Positions 51,601-64,000 of a stretch of 64,000 nt of DNA are shown here, one piece after another. Within the stretch, counting starts at the first letter, position 1; each line of letters begins with the position of its first letter. A program made the position numbers and the translations under genes. The stretch covers positions 5,520,001 to 5,584,000 of the forward strand of contig CM119373.1 in NCBI GenBank assembly GCA_051294905.1, written 5' to 3'. The notes beneath the pieces were generated by a model, which was given only the letters and a program-made list of their open reading frames with translations, was not told the DNA's origin and searched no databases. Source of the DNA: Botryllus schlosseri (Eukaryota).

Positions 51601-54041
51601 TAGTCCTGTCATTGAGGAAATACAGATAAAACCTTTCATGGTACGGAACTATTTGCAGTATATTCGATATCCAGCTTATAAATAGTATCGATATAACCTA
51701 AGATTCGACCTCGACAACTTACTATGGTCATTTGCATTGTTCCACAGGTAGAAGTTGATACAACGCGGTCTGTAGAATATTACTCAAATAAGCATTGCTA
51801 AACTGAAGAATTCTACGGTATCAAGAAAATTATGTATAATATAATAGGGGTCCAAGAGAGACATCACGAAATGGCAGTGAAGTGATTTGTATAACACAGT
51901 GTCGGGATGACTCGAGTCATGACTTGACTCGAGTCAGATTCGAGTCACCTTTTTCGAATGACTTGACTTGACTAGAGTCACTTTGCTAAAATGACTTGAC
52001 TTGACTTGACTCGACGCATCAAAAATGTGGATTGACTCGTGACTCGGAGTTATATTCACGATTCAATTTCAAGTCATCAACTAATCGGTGTCGATACAAA
52101 TCATTGTATCTTGCATACGGTCGTATTGTTCGCGATACGCCCGTGTAACCCGTGAGAGCGACTAATTCAATGATCGGGCGTTTCACTGTGCCTCCATTGT
52201 TCTTTCACAAATAAATTGACCGCAAACTAAGTCATCGAAACTTATAGCGTACGATGTCTAAACTAGTATAGTAAAGTAATTTATTAGAAAAATGAATATA
52301 TCTGTTTTCTGTTTTTACCTTTACCAGACCTCTTGTTTTATTGAAATTGAATTCGAATATGGTAATTTTTAAATGGGTAATGTATTGCATCTTATCAATT
52401 CGTTTGTCTATTCTCTGTTTTGGCTGGAAACTATAAACTGAGGCTATGTAATTACTTACGTAGCTTAACAGTTCAACGTATATGTGAGCGATACAGCGCC
52501 TTCTTGCGTGTATATTTAACCGTATATTCGTTCATTGGCTCAGAATCAATGACCACTCAATCTGTATTTAAGACAGCTAGCAAAATGCAATGACGTAACC
52601 ATGCCTCATACTTCGAAAAGGCAACTTGACTCGAATTGTTACTTGACTCGTGATTTGACTTGAGTTGACTCGACTTGACTCGAGTCACCTCCAAAAATCG
52701 AGTGACTTGACTTGACTCGATTCACCTTCGAAAATCGATTGACTTGACTTGACTCGAGTCAAAATGTGCAATGACTCGAAATGATTCGTGACTCGAAGGT
52801 AGTGATTTGATCCCAACACTGGTATAACATAGCCCCATGAGACTCATTCCTATTACTTCAACGCTGGAGCATACTTTGTTATCCATACTCACAGTATTCA
52901 TTTTATTATTGTGGATACGGATTTCGCTCCATAAAGCGAAATGTAGATCAATTCCTAACAATTCCTACCTATGAGTTGAGTTAATAGCATGACTATACCA
53001 TAGATCGGGCTGTCAAACATACACCCCGCGGGCCGCATATGGCTTGCCAGACCATTTCATCCAGCCCGGGAAGCACTTTCGAGTAATGAAATATGCTTTT
53101 CTTATTCAGCACATTTCTATCAAAAGTTGATATTTGAATGCGAATGGTCAAACCGATGCGTAACGTCATATGAAAATATTCACGGCCTCCTTAGAAACCC
53201 GAATGAGCATTAAATAATAATGCCACAAGTCCCACCGTCCGCATTTAGAACCTTGCCTTGCTAGCAAAATATACAAAGAGCCAACCCCACACCACGACTA
53301 AAACAAAGGGAGCATGTAAATATATCAACTTATTTCTGCGTCATACGCCGGTTGGCGACACTGTTTCTGCGGTTTATGGCTGTAACTAATCAGTCTTCCA
53401 TCGTAATATTTACAATTTCGTTTTGTGCGGCTAAAGTTGTTGCCAGAACAGAGCCCATATTATCTGCAATATAATGTACAATGCATGGGCTTGATAGTTT
53501 ATCATTCCCTTGAAAACAAAGGCATGGATTCCGAAGAAAAACTTGGCAATCATTTAACTGGTTCGGACCACCATCAATGAAAAGATTTGAATCAGACCCG
53601 CGATCCAAATTATATTTGACACCCCCAACACCAACAGGTTATTTTGAAATGAAGCACCTTTCAAATAAATCCTCTCTCGAGAGAACTTTCACCGCAGTGC
53701 GATTTCATGAAATGAAATTTAGTTGCTCAGCCGAATAGAGATCGGGTAACGAATACTCTGACAGTGCGACGATGAAAGGATTCCAAACAAACCTCTTACA
53801 ATCGGAATTACGACTGATGATGGTATAATGTGAGACGGATAATGACGATAGGATCAATTGGGTTCTGTCCTATTCCTGTCCAACGGGCGCAGTGATAAGA
53901 AATTAAGCTGTTGGTGTGAACTTATATGCGAATCGTAAGACCATATTAGGCACATATAACCTAATATCTATGCAGATCTCACTTACCTCCTAGCCGAAGT
54001 ATCAAAAGAGCTAATAACAACTCCGAATTCATGCCTTTCAT
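48699..54041 (-). CDS. Secreted pentraxin-domain protein A2 (about 341 aa), intact paralog of A1
   Basis: Exons 54041-53987, 51769-51723, 51053-51044, 50836-50537, 49312-48699; GT-AG, open frame; 300-nt Thr-rich exon. Confidence 0.85.
51897..52821. mobile_element. hAT MITE (same family as 45972-46944) in intron 1 of A2
   Basis: TIR cagtgtcgggat / atcccaacactg; perfect TSD gtataaca (51889-51896, 52822-52829). Empty site with a single gtataaca at 9222-9229 in copy 1. Confidence 0.95.
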
Positions 54042-56302
54042 TTGCAGATTCGAATTGATGGGATAACACGCATCCTTCCAATTTAAAGCGTTCGAATATA
54101 ACGTAAGCCTGGATGCCACACGCATGATATTCTCAAAGTTAATTCCGGACGGAAGCCCTCATTTCCTACGATCAATCATAATCATGCTATGTAATTCGGA
54201 ACTATATTAAGGGATATAGTTACTGCGACCTTCATGGATAATTTTCGGGTTGGGATTGAGATGACGTGAATATCAACAACGCACGGTAGATATTAGCATG
54301 GATTTTTAATAACGGGTTGGAAAGTTGCGGTGATATGATGCTGTTGATTTTCAGGGGGAATTACCACAATTCAATCCAATGTCACTCTTTCCTAGTCCCC
54401 AAAGACCTTGAGAAAGCGACTTGGGAAAAGCTTGTGTATCCAATGTACACCCAAATCTTTTAACAAATAATTATCCTACATAAGGGGTGGCCAACCTTTT
54501 TGTTATTCACGGCAGCATTTCGATGAGTTATGTAGCCTCCGGCCGCATTCCAGGACATGGTTCGTAATGAAGAAACTGGACGCCATATACCTATATTTAG
54601 GGCTGGGCAAAATCGAGTACCTGTGTGATTCGATTCTGAATCACGTAATATGCTTCGAGTCGAGTAATCGAATATCACTCATTGTGACGTCATAACAGAA
54701 TGGAATACGTCAAAGTTCAAATATGTACCCGTGCCGTTTATGCCAGCACAGAGGATATAATGCCTGTTATCAATCTCATAAATGATACTTTGGTATTTTT
54801 TCGACCATACCAATTTCATTCCACTTGGTGACACTGTTGTGGGATGATCATGATTTCGGAAATTTGCTACGTCCAGTAACCTTCGTACCTTTGTACTATT
54901 TGTTTCGTATGCTGCGATACCGCCAATCAAAATTTCAAAGCTTCAACAGTGAAAATTAGTAGCGGAACTATGATTCTCGTTGATAAATTAACTTTTAGTG
55001 GCGAGAAGGGCATAATTTCATTACTCGAAAAAATCGTCTTCTACTACTCGACTCGAATCATTAAAATTAATACTCGATTCAGATTCGAGTACTCGAATCA
55101 TTGTGTCCAGCCCTACCTATTTAACACTGTCCCTGTCCATTTTCGGTGAGCTCCAAACTGATTTCTTTATTCATATCAGCTTTCCATACGAACCAAAATC
55201 GCTAGTGGTCATGTGATGAAGAGATTCTTGGTTATGTGCTGGTCAAAAATTTTTCAGATTCACGAATGAATTTCGTCAATAATATTTGTATTTTCACATA
55301 TTCCTATCAAACCTTTATCCTTTCTCAGCCCATGTGTTCAGATTCTCCGCATAGAGTTAATAGAGGGAGGGGTGTCCAAAATATACTTTTTCCCAAATTT
55401 ATTCGGCATGGCTGTCAAATCGTCAGGCTACCTAAAATAACGTTGTACATCAAATTTGACTCGATTCCAACCACTGGAAGCCGATGTCAGTCAAATTAAG
55501 ATTTCAGTCATTTTTGAAATAATAGTATTTACGGTGACCAAGTTCGTCAAACCGACATGAGCCAAAAATCGTGTTGCCTGTATGCCCGATGAGGCAGGGA
55601 TGTCTTTTCGACTTGTTTCGATCTTTACAAGGGCCTATGGTGGTGTTTGGATGAAGACATCGCCAGTAAACGATTAAAAGATATGACACGGATTAGCAGG
55701 AAATTAGTCCACTTCATTGAAATAGACACGAGATAATTTCCCCATAGAGTACTTTACACACTGAAATTACCGACTACGACAAGGAAATGAACTGATAATT
55801 AGCACGCAAAATACGGTTAATTATATTTCTCAAGTGATAGTCATATCTAGAAGTATTTTTTGTCCGGTCAATTTGGACTTCATGAAATCTTTCCCATTTA
55901 TGCAGGGCATTCCGATGTCTCTCTGCCCACTGCATTTCTGCCGTTGTCAATTGCTTATGCCTCCAATCCCCACACACTTCAGCTGGTCGAGAAAAAGTTG
56001 CGAGATGGTGCGATGATATATTCTTCAGATGTCACGCCCATGGGTTGCGAGTAAGAGTACGACCGAGCTCGATTCCTAAATGCCTACACATATGTAGTTT
56101 ATCTAAGCTCCTCCTCGCGATCTGATCCACGTAGAAGGTGTCTTACAAAAGCCGAGAACAGAAGTGGAACGTGTTATCAGTGATAATAATAATCGGGAAG
56201 GCCATGCATGAATCACAATAAACATTACAAGTTTTGTATAATGACCACGCAGTACTATAACCAAAACATCAATTTGAACATCTTTCAATGTGTATCAGCG
56301 TA

Positions 56303-59300
56303 TCAATGACAATGGTAAATTACGTGTTCAATGACATCAACTTTCACAATAGAATTAGATTCGTTGAAAGTCATAGTCGAATCAGGGACGCAGTGACATT
56401 CACCAACTGCGTATAACCGTCTTATTTTATTGAGGGATAGTTCTCTATTCCAGACATGAAATCCTTGCATCTCACCAAAAAAGCCCTGGTGGCGATTTTT
56501 GGTATTTGGTGGTCCCGGACTTGATCCGTTTATTTTCGAATCTTGATCTTGACCGAAAATGAGCACACCGCCTCCATTTATTTGTCCGGATCCCTCCTTC
56601 GTATATTGCCGATCTCCTTTTTGCGTACCATTGACGTAAAACATAGCCGAATGGGAATTCAATACGAGGCAAAAATGCGTCGAATACGTGATTACCGGTA
56701 AATCGCTTTCAAACGTAGTAGATCCCATTTCGGAGTTCACAACCAGACTTGCCGAGTATAGGGAGACCGTTGCGGCGTTGCAGCCTTTCGAACCTTCGGC
56801 GCAGTAGCTCATGAATGTACCTTTCACGGGGTGCTCATGATCTGGAGATCGAAGCCACATGCATGCAGTCAGTGACGTCATGCGTGGTAGAGTGCCACGA
56901 TATTGAACGTAATCAAGATGATCTTTCTCCGGAAATGTGAATTGAGAGATAGAGCATCCTGAAATATCAATGGTACATTTCTATTACAGGAATGCGTGCC
57001 CCAGTTTAACTATTAGTGAGGTGGGTGTAAATTGCCCCTTTTATACGCTGAACGAAGTTATAAGGTATATGTAAGCTGAATATTTAAGCTTAGATAGGCC
57101 ACCACAGCTAAAACAGTTGAATATGAGAATGAGAATGTTTACCGATTTATAGTTCGCTGCTTTTCCTAAGTTGATCAGTTGATCACGGTAAAAGTTCGCA
57201 ATGTGTCAGGGAGGGTCATTATTTACTTGAAACGAGAAACGTGACGAGGAGGCGTAACTGTTGTTGGTTTGTACAAAATTGTAAATTATAATTCTTAGGT
57301 ACATGTTACATGTTCGCTTTACGATACTGCAAATGCTTTAATGACGGTGAGGCTGATAACGGCAGAAGATTGCATATTTTTGAGATCCTTACTCCGCCTT
57401 TAGAGATAATGATCATGTGACGGAAAGAGCGTATAAAATTAACATGTACCTTTTACAATTCTAAGATACTCGAAAATAGATATTTTGACAATGTGATAAA
57501 CGGCTCACCGCCTCTGTCGCTACAGTCCGGATCAACCAGTCGAGATAAATTGGGTGAAATGACTGGATGTGACGTGACCTATATTAGGTATTTAAAATGT
57601 ATCTTGGTTATGAATGTGTTTTCGATATGCTGCAAAGAATTGTTATTTACACAATCCTCCTAGTATAAATATGGCAATGGTTGGGGAGCTACCTGCTTAT
57701 ACCTTATGATCCACACTTCTGGTCCAATACTATTCCTCTAGTCACGCTAATGTTGCGTCACTGCTTTCACGGTGATACGACACCATTTAAGCATGGTGAG
57801 GTAACGTAATTCGACCATCTGCCGACCCTCAAATCGCGGCAGGAAAGCACAAGTGCTGGCGTGTGCAGTATGTCCAGGCTATCCTCAAAAGCTCATGTAT
57901 GGTTGTTAACGTTAAGTCTCGGGGCTCAGCCCAACAAAGTCATCTTTGTTTTCCGCCAAGTCACATGAATAGTCATTACATGAAGAACATTTAGACAAGC
58001 ACATTTCTATTTCATGATAGCTGGCTATAGTACTTTGATCGGTGATACGACTCACCCATTATTAGCTGAGTTGAAGAGTTAAACACTGCCGAATAAAAAA
58101 CACAGAGTAAATTTAGGTATTGCAGATTGCCTCGGTGCAAACACGGATTATAGCGTCATTAGATTATGGCAGGGCTGGCCAACTCGTGGCCCGCGAGGAG
58201 GTTTTGAGTGGCCCGCGAGGTGATTTTCGATATTAGGTACATTATCAAAAATGGATTGCCCAGATTGTGAACTTGCAAGGCCAGCCAAAAAATAGATTAA
58301 CCTGTCCGCAACACTTGTGTTGATGACTAAAATATCAGTTCCGACGCATTGGCAGATCCATGGGCCGGTCACAATTTTGGTAGATCTTCGTATATTACAA
58401 CAAGGTAGACGGTTTTGCCGTAGATTTATCTAAAGTAAAATTTTCTTCACGCTTGGCGCAATATGAAGTCACTCGATTTCTTGCTTTTAATACTGTTACG
58501 TAGCCTATCCCCTCCTGAAGATGGAAAAACGCCCAATGTACCAGATTCAGTCTACAACTATATTCGTAATTACGAGAGAAAGTATCGTCCAACATTCGAC
58601 GTTGCGTTTGCGCTCGCAGAAAGACAGTCCACGATGAAACCTAGGCACAAAATGTTAGACGCAAGTTGGCCGAAGTTTTCGGTATCGATATGTCCAGACG
58701 CCGAGCAGTCATGTCATTGCAAACGGAGCCCAGCGATTAACAGCAGACCCGCAATCTACCCAAGTAACAATATTATTGATCCATGTACTTTGAAATTTTT
58801 TCGCGCGCGGCGCGGCTAGTGGCCCGCACAATGTTTCGACAATAGTATGTGGCCCTTTGGCCGAAAAGGTTGGCCACCCCTGGATTATGGCAACCGGGGT
58901 ACTCTGAGTACACAGCGCATTTGTTCGTTAAAAGGTAAATACGGTATTTTAACTTTTCTGATAATCACTACTGCCACTGCTAGACGTCATAATGAGCGAT
59001 ATTCGAATGCCCATAATCGATTCGGAACCATACGATTTAAATGCTCGATTTTGCTCAATCCAATGTTACAATTTTATATCAATCTGCTCTTAGCTTTTGG
59101 TTACACATCAGCAGTTCGATAAAGGCAGTAACATACACTACCCTATACTTGTATTTTGATATAATTCGGTAGTATTCACACTATAACCTTTTGGGACTGC
59201 AGCCGCGGGTGGTATCGACTTTGCTGCTATAGTTTTGGTTGATGAAGAGATGAGTGAGCGACTGTCGTTTTCCTTTATGGTAGTTTCAATAGCAATGATA

Positions 59301-61069
59301 TTTTCAGCTTCCCTTCCGAGTGTTCTCTCCAGTGCCTGCAAACCAGCCGCGTCTGTAGATCACAGAACTTTAGTTGAGATAAAATATGGTAGCCACGGAT
59401 TGAGGTGGATAACGCGATTCAAATGTGGTGGTCGCCCGAAAAATACTTTACTCTGACCTTGTTACAGCACGCAATTAGATTTGCGCTTGTGATTTCATAA
59501 TATCCTAGCCGTCTTCATCGCGCACAAGATACGACATGCAGGACATTTATGTAAACGTCAAATGCCCCATAAGTCACGCAACAAGGAGAAATAATCTTCA
59601 ACCCGAAAGTAATGTCGACAAGGTATCATATTGACTCACTTGAAATATCCTGTCAAAACAATAGATACGAAGATCGAATGTCATTATCGCTATGAAGAAA
59701 CCAAAGCTGAGCAAATGCTGATATGGTAAATTATTTACACTCTTTTAAGTCAATATATAATAAATGTATCGTAATAAACTCCCTTATCAACCGTTATGAT
59801 TTGATATTCCCGACTTACTATTGTGATTTCCCTTTGCCCACAAGTAGAAGTTGATCGAGTGCGGTCTAAAGAATGTGATTAAAATGTTGATTAGATTTTG
59901 CTTTGGCGACAACAAATAATTAGCTGGGTATTTATACATAATTCAATTTGCAGAGTCATAGTGATCATGGTCGGTTACGTTCGGTTAACGTATGAACAAG
60001 TCTTAGCGCTTGAGGCTGATCGGTCAGACGTTATTACCAGGGTTGTTATGTCTCGAGTCATGTTTCGACACGAGTCGCATTATTTCGTTGACTGTAATTG
60101 ACTCGAGTAATTTTTGCTGGCAAAATGAGTAGTGTATTGACTCGACTGGTGCTCAAGTCATTGCATATAGTCCGACCAAGTCATCTGACATGACAATTTC
60201 TAAATGGCTTATTCAAGACTCATATAGCAGGACCAACAATTGAAAAAAAGGCTCAGAAACTGTATGTTTTATCTGAATGATTATACAATGTATAATATAA
60301 ATGCTTAGAGTGAAAGAAATGAGAAAATTTTGTTATTGCACAAACGTTTCACAGAAATGAGAAGAGTCAGGCTTGAACTCGCTATAAAAAGTACACAATA
60401 AAACTTGGACTCGAACTCGAGTCTGAACACTAAGACTCGGACTCGACTCGCTGCTGCCTGACTTGGACTAGGTCTTGACTCGGTGCTAAATTGAAAATGA
60501 CACGACTTGACTCAATTCAAAACTATGACAGTCAAATTGACTTGTGACTTGATTAAAACCCTGATGGGCACATAATTCGCATCAGAGAGAATTTCATAAA
60601 AGCCTTGCTTGAGCTATGGTCTATATGCCGGTAGACGCAGAGTAAGCAACGAACGTACACGGGTATCGACGTAAGGTGAACATAAATGGCGAAACCACGT
60701 TTTATCAAAACCACATCAACAATAGTGACGTGACGGTAATCATAGGAATGCGCGGACATGAACGAATTACATTTAAAGACTGTATCCGTCGCGAGACGCG
60801 ACACTCGTTTCTATACGTCCATCGGCATCACGGCATCTCTTCTACTTGTTATATTGACTCGCATATAAAGAAGGCAATATGATAAATTCATTATGCACTA
60901 CTGAAGCTCCGAAGCGACAATCCGGCGTGGCTCGTTAACCACACGGCCCTTCTCATCAAGTGCGATGCCACAAACTTCTTTCAACCAAATATGTCACACA
61001 AACTTATTATTTACCTCCGAGATGGAGCATGAAACATGCGCACAACGCTACCACTTTAAAGTCTGTCAT
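56303..61069 (-). CDS. Secreted pentraxin-domain protein B2 (about 323 aa)
   Basis: Exons 61069-61015, 59865-59819, 59649-59640, 59352-59149, 56958-56303; same structure as B1, open frame. Confidence 0.85.
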
Positions 61070-64000
61070 TGACCGATTTGAGCACACAAGATAACTTGCA
61101 ACTTTACAATTTGATGCATTCTGATGGCATACAAGCCTGGATGCACCACTAATGATACTAAAGTAACGTTTATTCCGGAAGAAAGCGATCATTTCCTACG
61201 ATCAGTCATTGCATAGGCTACTTAACTGACGATCATATTTACGGAGGTAACCACAGCGACCTGCAGGCGCTTGATTCCTAACATGATGATTCCCATTCTG
61301 TAAATAAAATGGTTACTGCGACACTGTACTTGAATTGGCCGTTTCAAGGTCGACAATCGAGGCAATCATTGGCACCTTAATTCAATACTTGATGGCTTTA
61401 TACATACCGTAGTATTAAAGGTTCGTCTATAAGCTCCTCCTCGCCATCCGCTTCGCGTAAGATATATCTTACAAAGCCTGGAATAAACGTAGGGCATCCT
61501 TTAAGTCAGTGGTTCCAAACCGGGGGGAATCGCCACTGATAGGGAATTCAATGGTTTATGGTGGAGAATAGAGGCATTAGTTAAAAAGTATATCCAGGAT
61601 AGTCTAATCATGGGGACACCTGCGCGATTTCCTTTACCAGTTAACAGCTCTGGAATGTATGTATCGAAAATTATAAATTAAAAGTGAGCCTCAGAGAACA
61701 CCTAAATGTCCTCCTTTGGGGTATCTGTTCTCCTTTTGTCTAAAAAGGATTTAAATTCCACGACAACTGCGACTACGACGCGGCGAAAATCAGAGTCTCG
61801 TGACAAATCCGGAGCCGAGTCAAAGTAATCACCTTTTATTAAGTCAACATAATACTATCGGTCGAAACATTTTCAAAATCACCAGTTTTTTTAGCTTCCA
61901 GAATGTATATACAGTCTCATCTTTTTAGAATTTCAAAATATGGTATAACCCTACTTAAAGGGTATATAGGAGAGGGCCGTGGGGAATGAAGACTCGGAAT
62001 AAATCTGAAGTAGAGAATGAAGACAATAAGGTTGGGAACCACTGCTCTAAGTCGACAGATCAGGAATCACCGAATGAATATCAGCCTGGTGTAACATTTC
62101 ATTCACGTCGAATCACCGTGATTACAACCACCACCACAATAATAAAAACAACTTTTTGTTTTAATATTTCTTCCGCGACGTCTTTCTGCCTATCATCAAA
62201 CATTGAACTCAGAGGTAATGTTCATTGTAGCAGCACAGAGGACGAGCCAATATGTTGATACAGGTGTTTTGACAGATATATGAACCTACTCCCAAATTGC
62301 GCATAAATAACTTCAACATGCTTCAATAACAATCCTACAACAAAACTTCTGTGGCTACACTGGATACGTATGTTCCATTGCAAACCAAAATAAAAACATG
62401 GTTTTTCAAAATTTTCACTGCCGTCATAGACAGGATTCGGCCAATAGAGAGATGCGCGCAAACTAAGGTCGTAAAATATTTTTATTCAGCAATGTCATCA
62501 TTATAATGGTGTTAAGACTTCCCACGCTTTATTGGCCGAATGACGTTATTATTCTCATGATATCGCTGTCTGATGCATGGTTGAATGGATGTCAAAAGCT
62601 CCTAAAACACTGAACCAATCAAACATCTGACGTACAGCTAAATGGCGTTAGACTCTAGTTTCAAAACCAGATTAATAGGAACTGAATGTTGCATAATACA
62701 TAATGTATTTTCGGTTTGTAGATGTACCAATCGTTTTGGTATATTTTATTGCAGTACAGCTCTTCGAAAGATCCGCAAAATGAATATTTGAAATAAGAAA
62801 TAGCATTTTCTGCAATCGTGTTCGGGAACATCTATATGTAAAAGGTGCAGAAACTCCACAACTTCAAAAATCAACATCAAACTAGGGTAATTAATAACGT
62901 CCAATTTTATCTATATCACGGGTGGCCAACCTTTTCCGCCAAAGGGATTTACGAACCATTGCGCCGGCAGCTTGAATGTTGATAAACTTTTGATAGTCGT
63001 CCGATAGAAACGAACCGAATGAATTCGATCAATAAATATGTTGCTTGCATATATTTAGGGTAGCCTCTGTATACCTTCGGGATCATTTTGCAAGGACATA
63101 ATTATTAGGCGTTAAGACATAGCAATATCGAAGGTTTCGATTAACACGCCTCTATCATTTTGCGCAAATGTTTCATCGCCGACAATCTCGCTGCGAGCGC
63201 ACAAGCGAAGTCGCATGTTGGACGGCAGACTATCTCCTAATTACGAAAATAGGTAGACTCAATTCTGTAAATAACATGTATTTACAATATACAGGAGGGG
63301 TTCCAATACTAAATGCAAGAAATCGAGTGACAATAAATCATGCGAAGTGGGGAGAAAAATTTCAAGTCAAATATATCTGATACGAAATATTCTAGTTGAT
63401 GGTCGTATAATCAGGGCTGTGGAGTCGGAGTTGGAGTCCGTGGTTATATTTACTGACTCCACAGCCCTGCCTCTGTCACAAATTCTTAAATATGCTAATT
63501 ACTCCTTTTGCGTACAGAGACCATCTACTTCCTAATCGCTGGATATCATCTATTTCCTAGTCGCTGGATTGATCAATTCGCAGATTGGCCGTGAATCCGT
63601 ATTTAATCACTGTACTTTTTGGCCTATGCCATTCACCTTTCATGGATCTTCGAAGGATCACGGACCCTAATTTAAGAATTATGCTCTACCCGCTTGTTTT
63701 GTGGCTTCATACAAACTCCTGTCAATTCTCTTTGACAGTTTTATAAAAAAAAAACTCATAAAAATCTATATTTTTAAAAAACCATATTTTTGGCATTATA
63801 AAATTTTTATGTTTGGTACCCGAAATGCCAAAAATAACACGGCCTGCTTACGGACGAGAAATTATAATAGTCAACTGTCCAGGAGGGGAACTAAAGGTGT
63901 GAAGATGAGAATTGTTAGGTGATTCTAAAGTGCACAGAACTTAGTGTACCTTGCAACATGATTGCCGGCGGAAAACGAGCGAGACTTATACAAATCTTGT

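Larger units (their letters stand above)
47594..64000 (+). repeat. Segmental duplication, copy 2 (matches 4677-20327; runs off the window)
   Basis: Collinear with copy 1, including genes A and B and their shared MITEs. Confidence 0.97.

Noticed and set aside
6041..61069. Assigning vertebrate symbols (CRP, APCS, PTX3, NPTX)
   Set aside because: Domain-level similarity only; orthology cannot be established from the sequence alone.

Overview
Eukaryotic, AT-rich, intron-containing invertebrate DNA. An ascidian/tunicate-like genome is my guess and is not provable from the window. The core is a cluster of six secreted pentraxin-domain genes of four types (here A1, B1, C, D, A2, B2), whose full exon structures I rebuilt by hand from GT-AG sites and intron phases. 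The architecture is signal peptide + short Cys-containing exon + (in A, B, C) a conserved 10-nt microexon + Thr/Ser-rich stalk + single-exon pentraxin domain. Positions 4677-20327 recur at 47594-64000 (about 43 kb offset) with uneven identity and insertion polymorphisms. A1 carries a nonsense codon, A has lost the Ca-binding motif, D has lost a core Cys and Trp, and C looks like a mosaic of A/B-type and D-type exons. The rest is dense with transposons: a decayed CR1/L2-group LINE (10-4673), a tRNA-derived SINE family, many hAT MITEs with 8-bp TSDs (several nested), a probable Chapaev3-like element, and a Penelope-like fragment with a perfect 100-bp inverted pseudo-LTR carrying a U3-A8 variant minimal hammerhead ribozyme motif.
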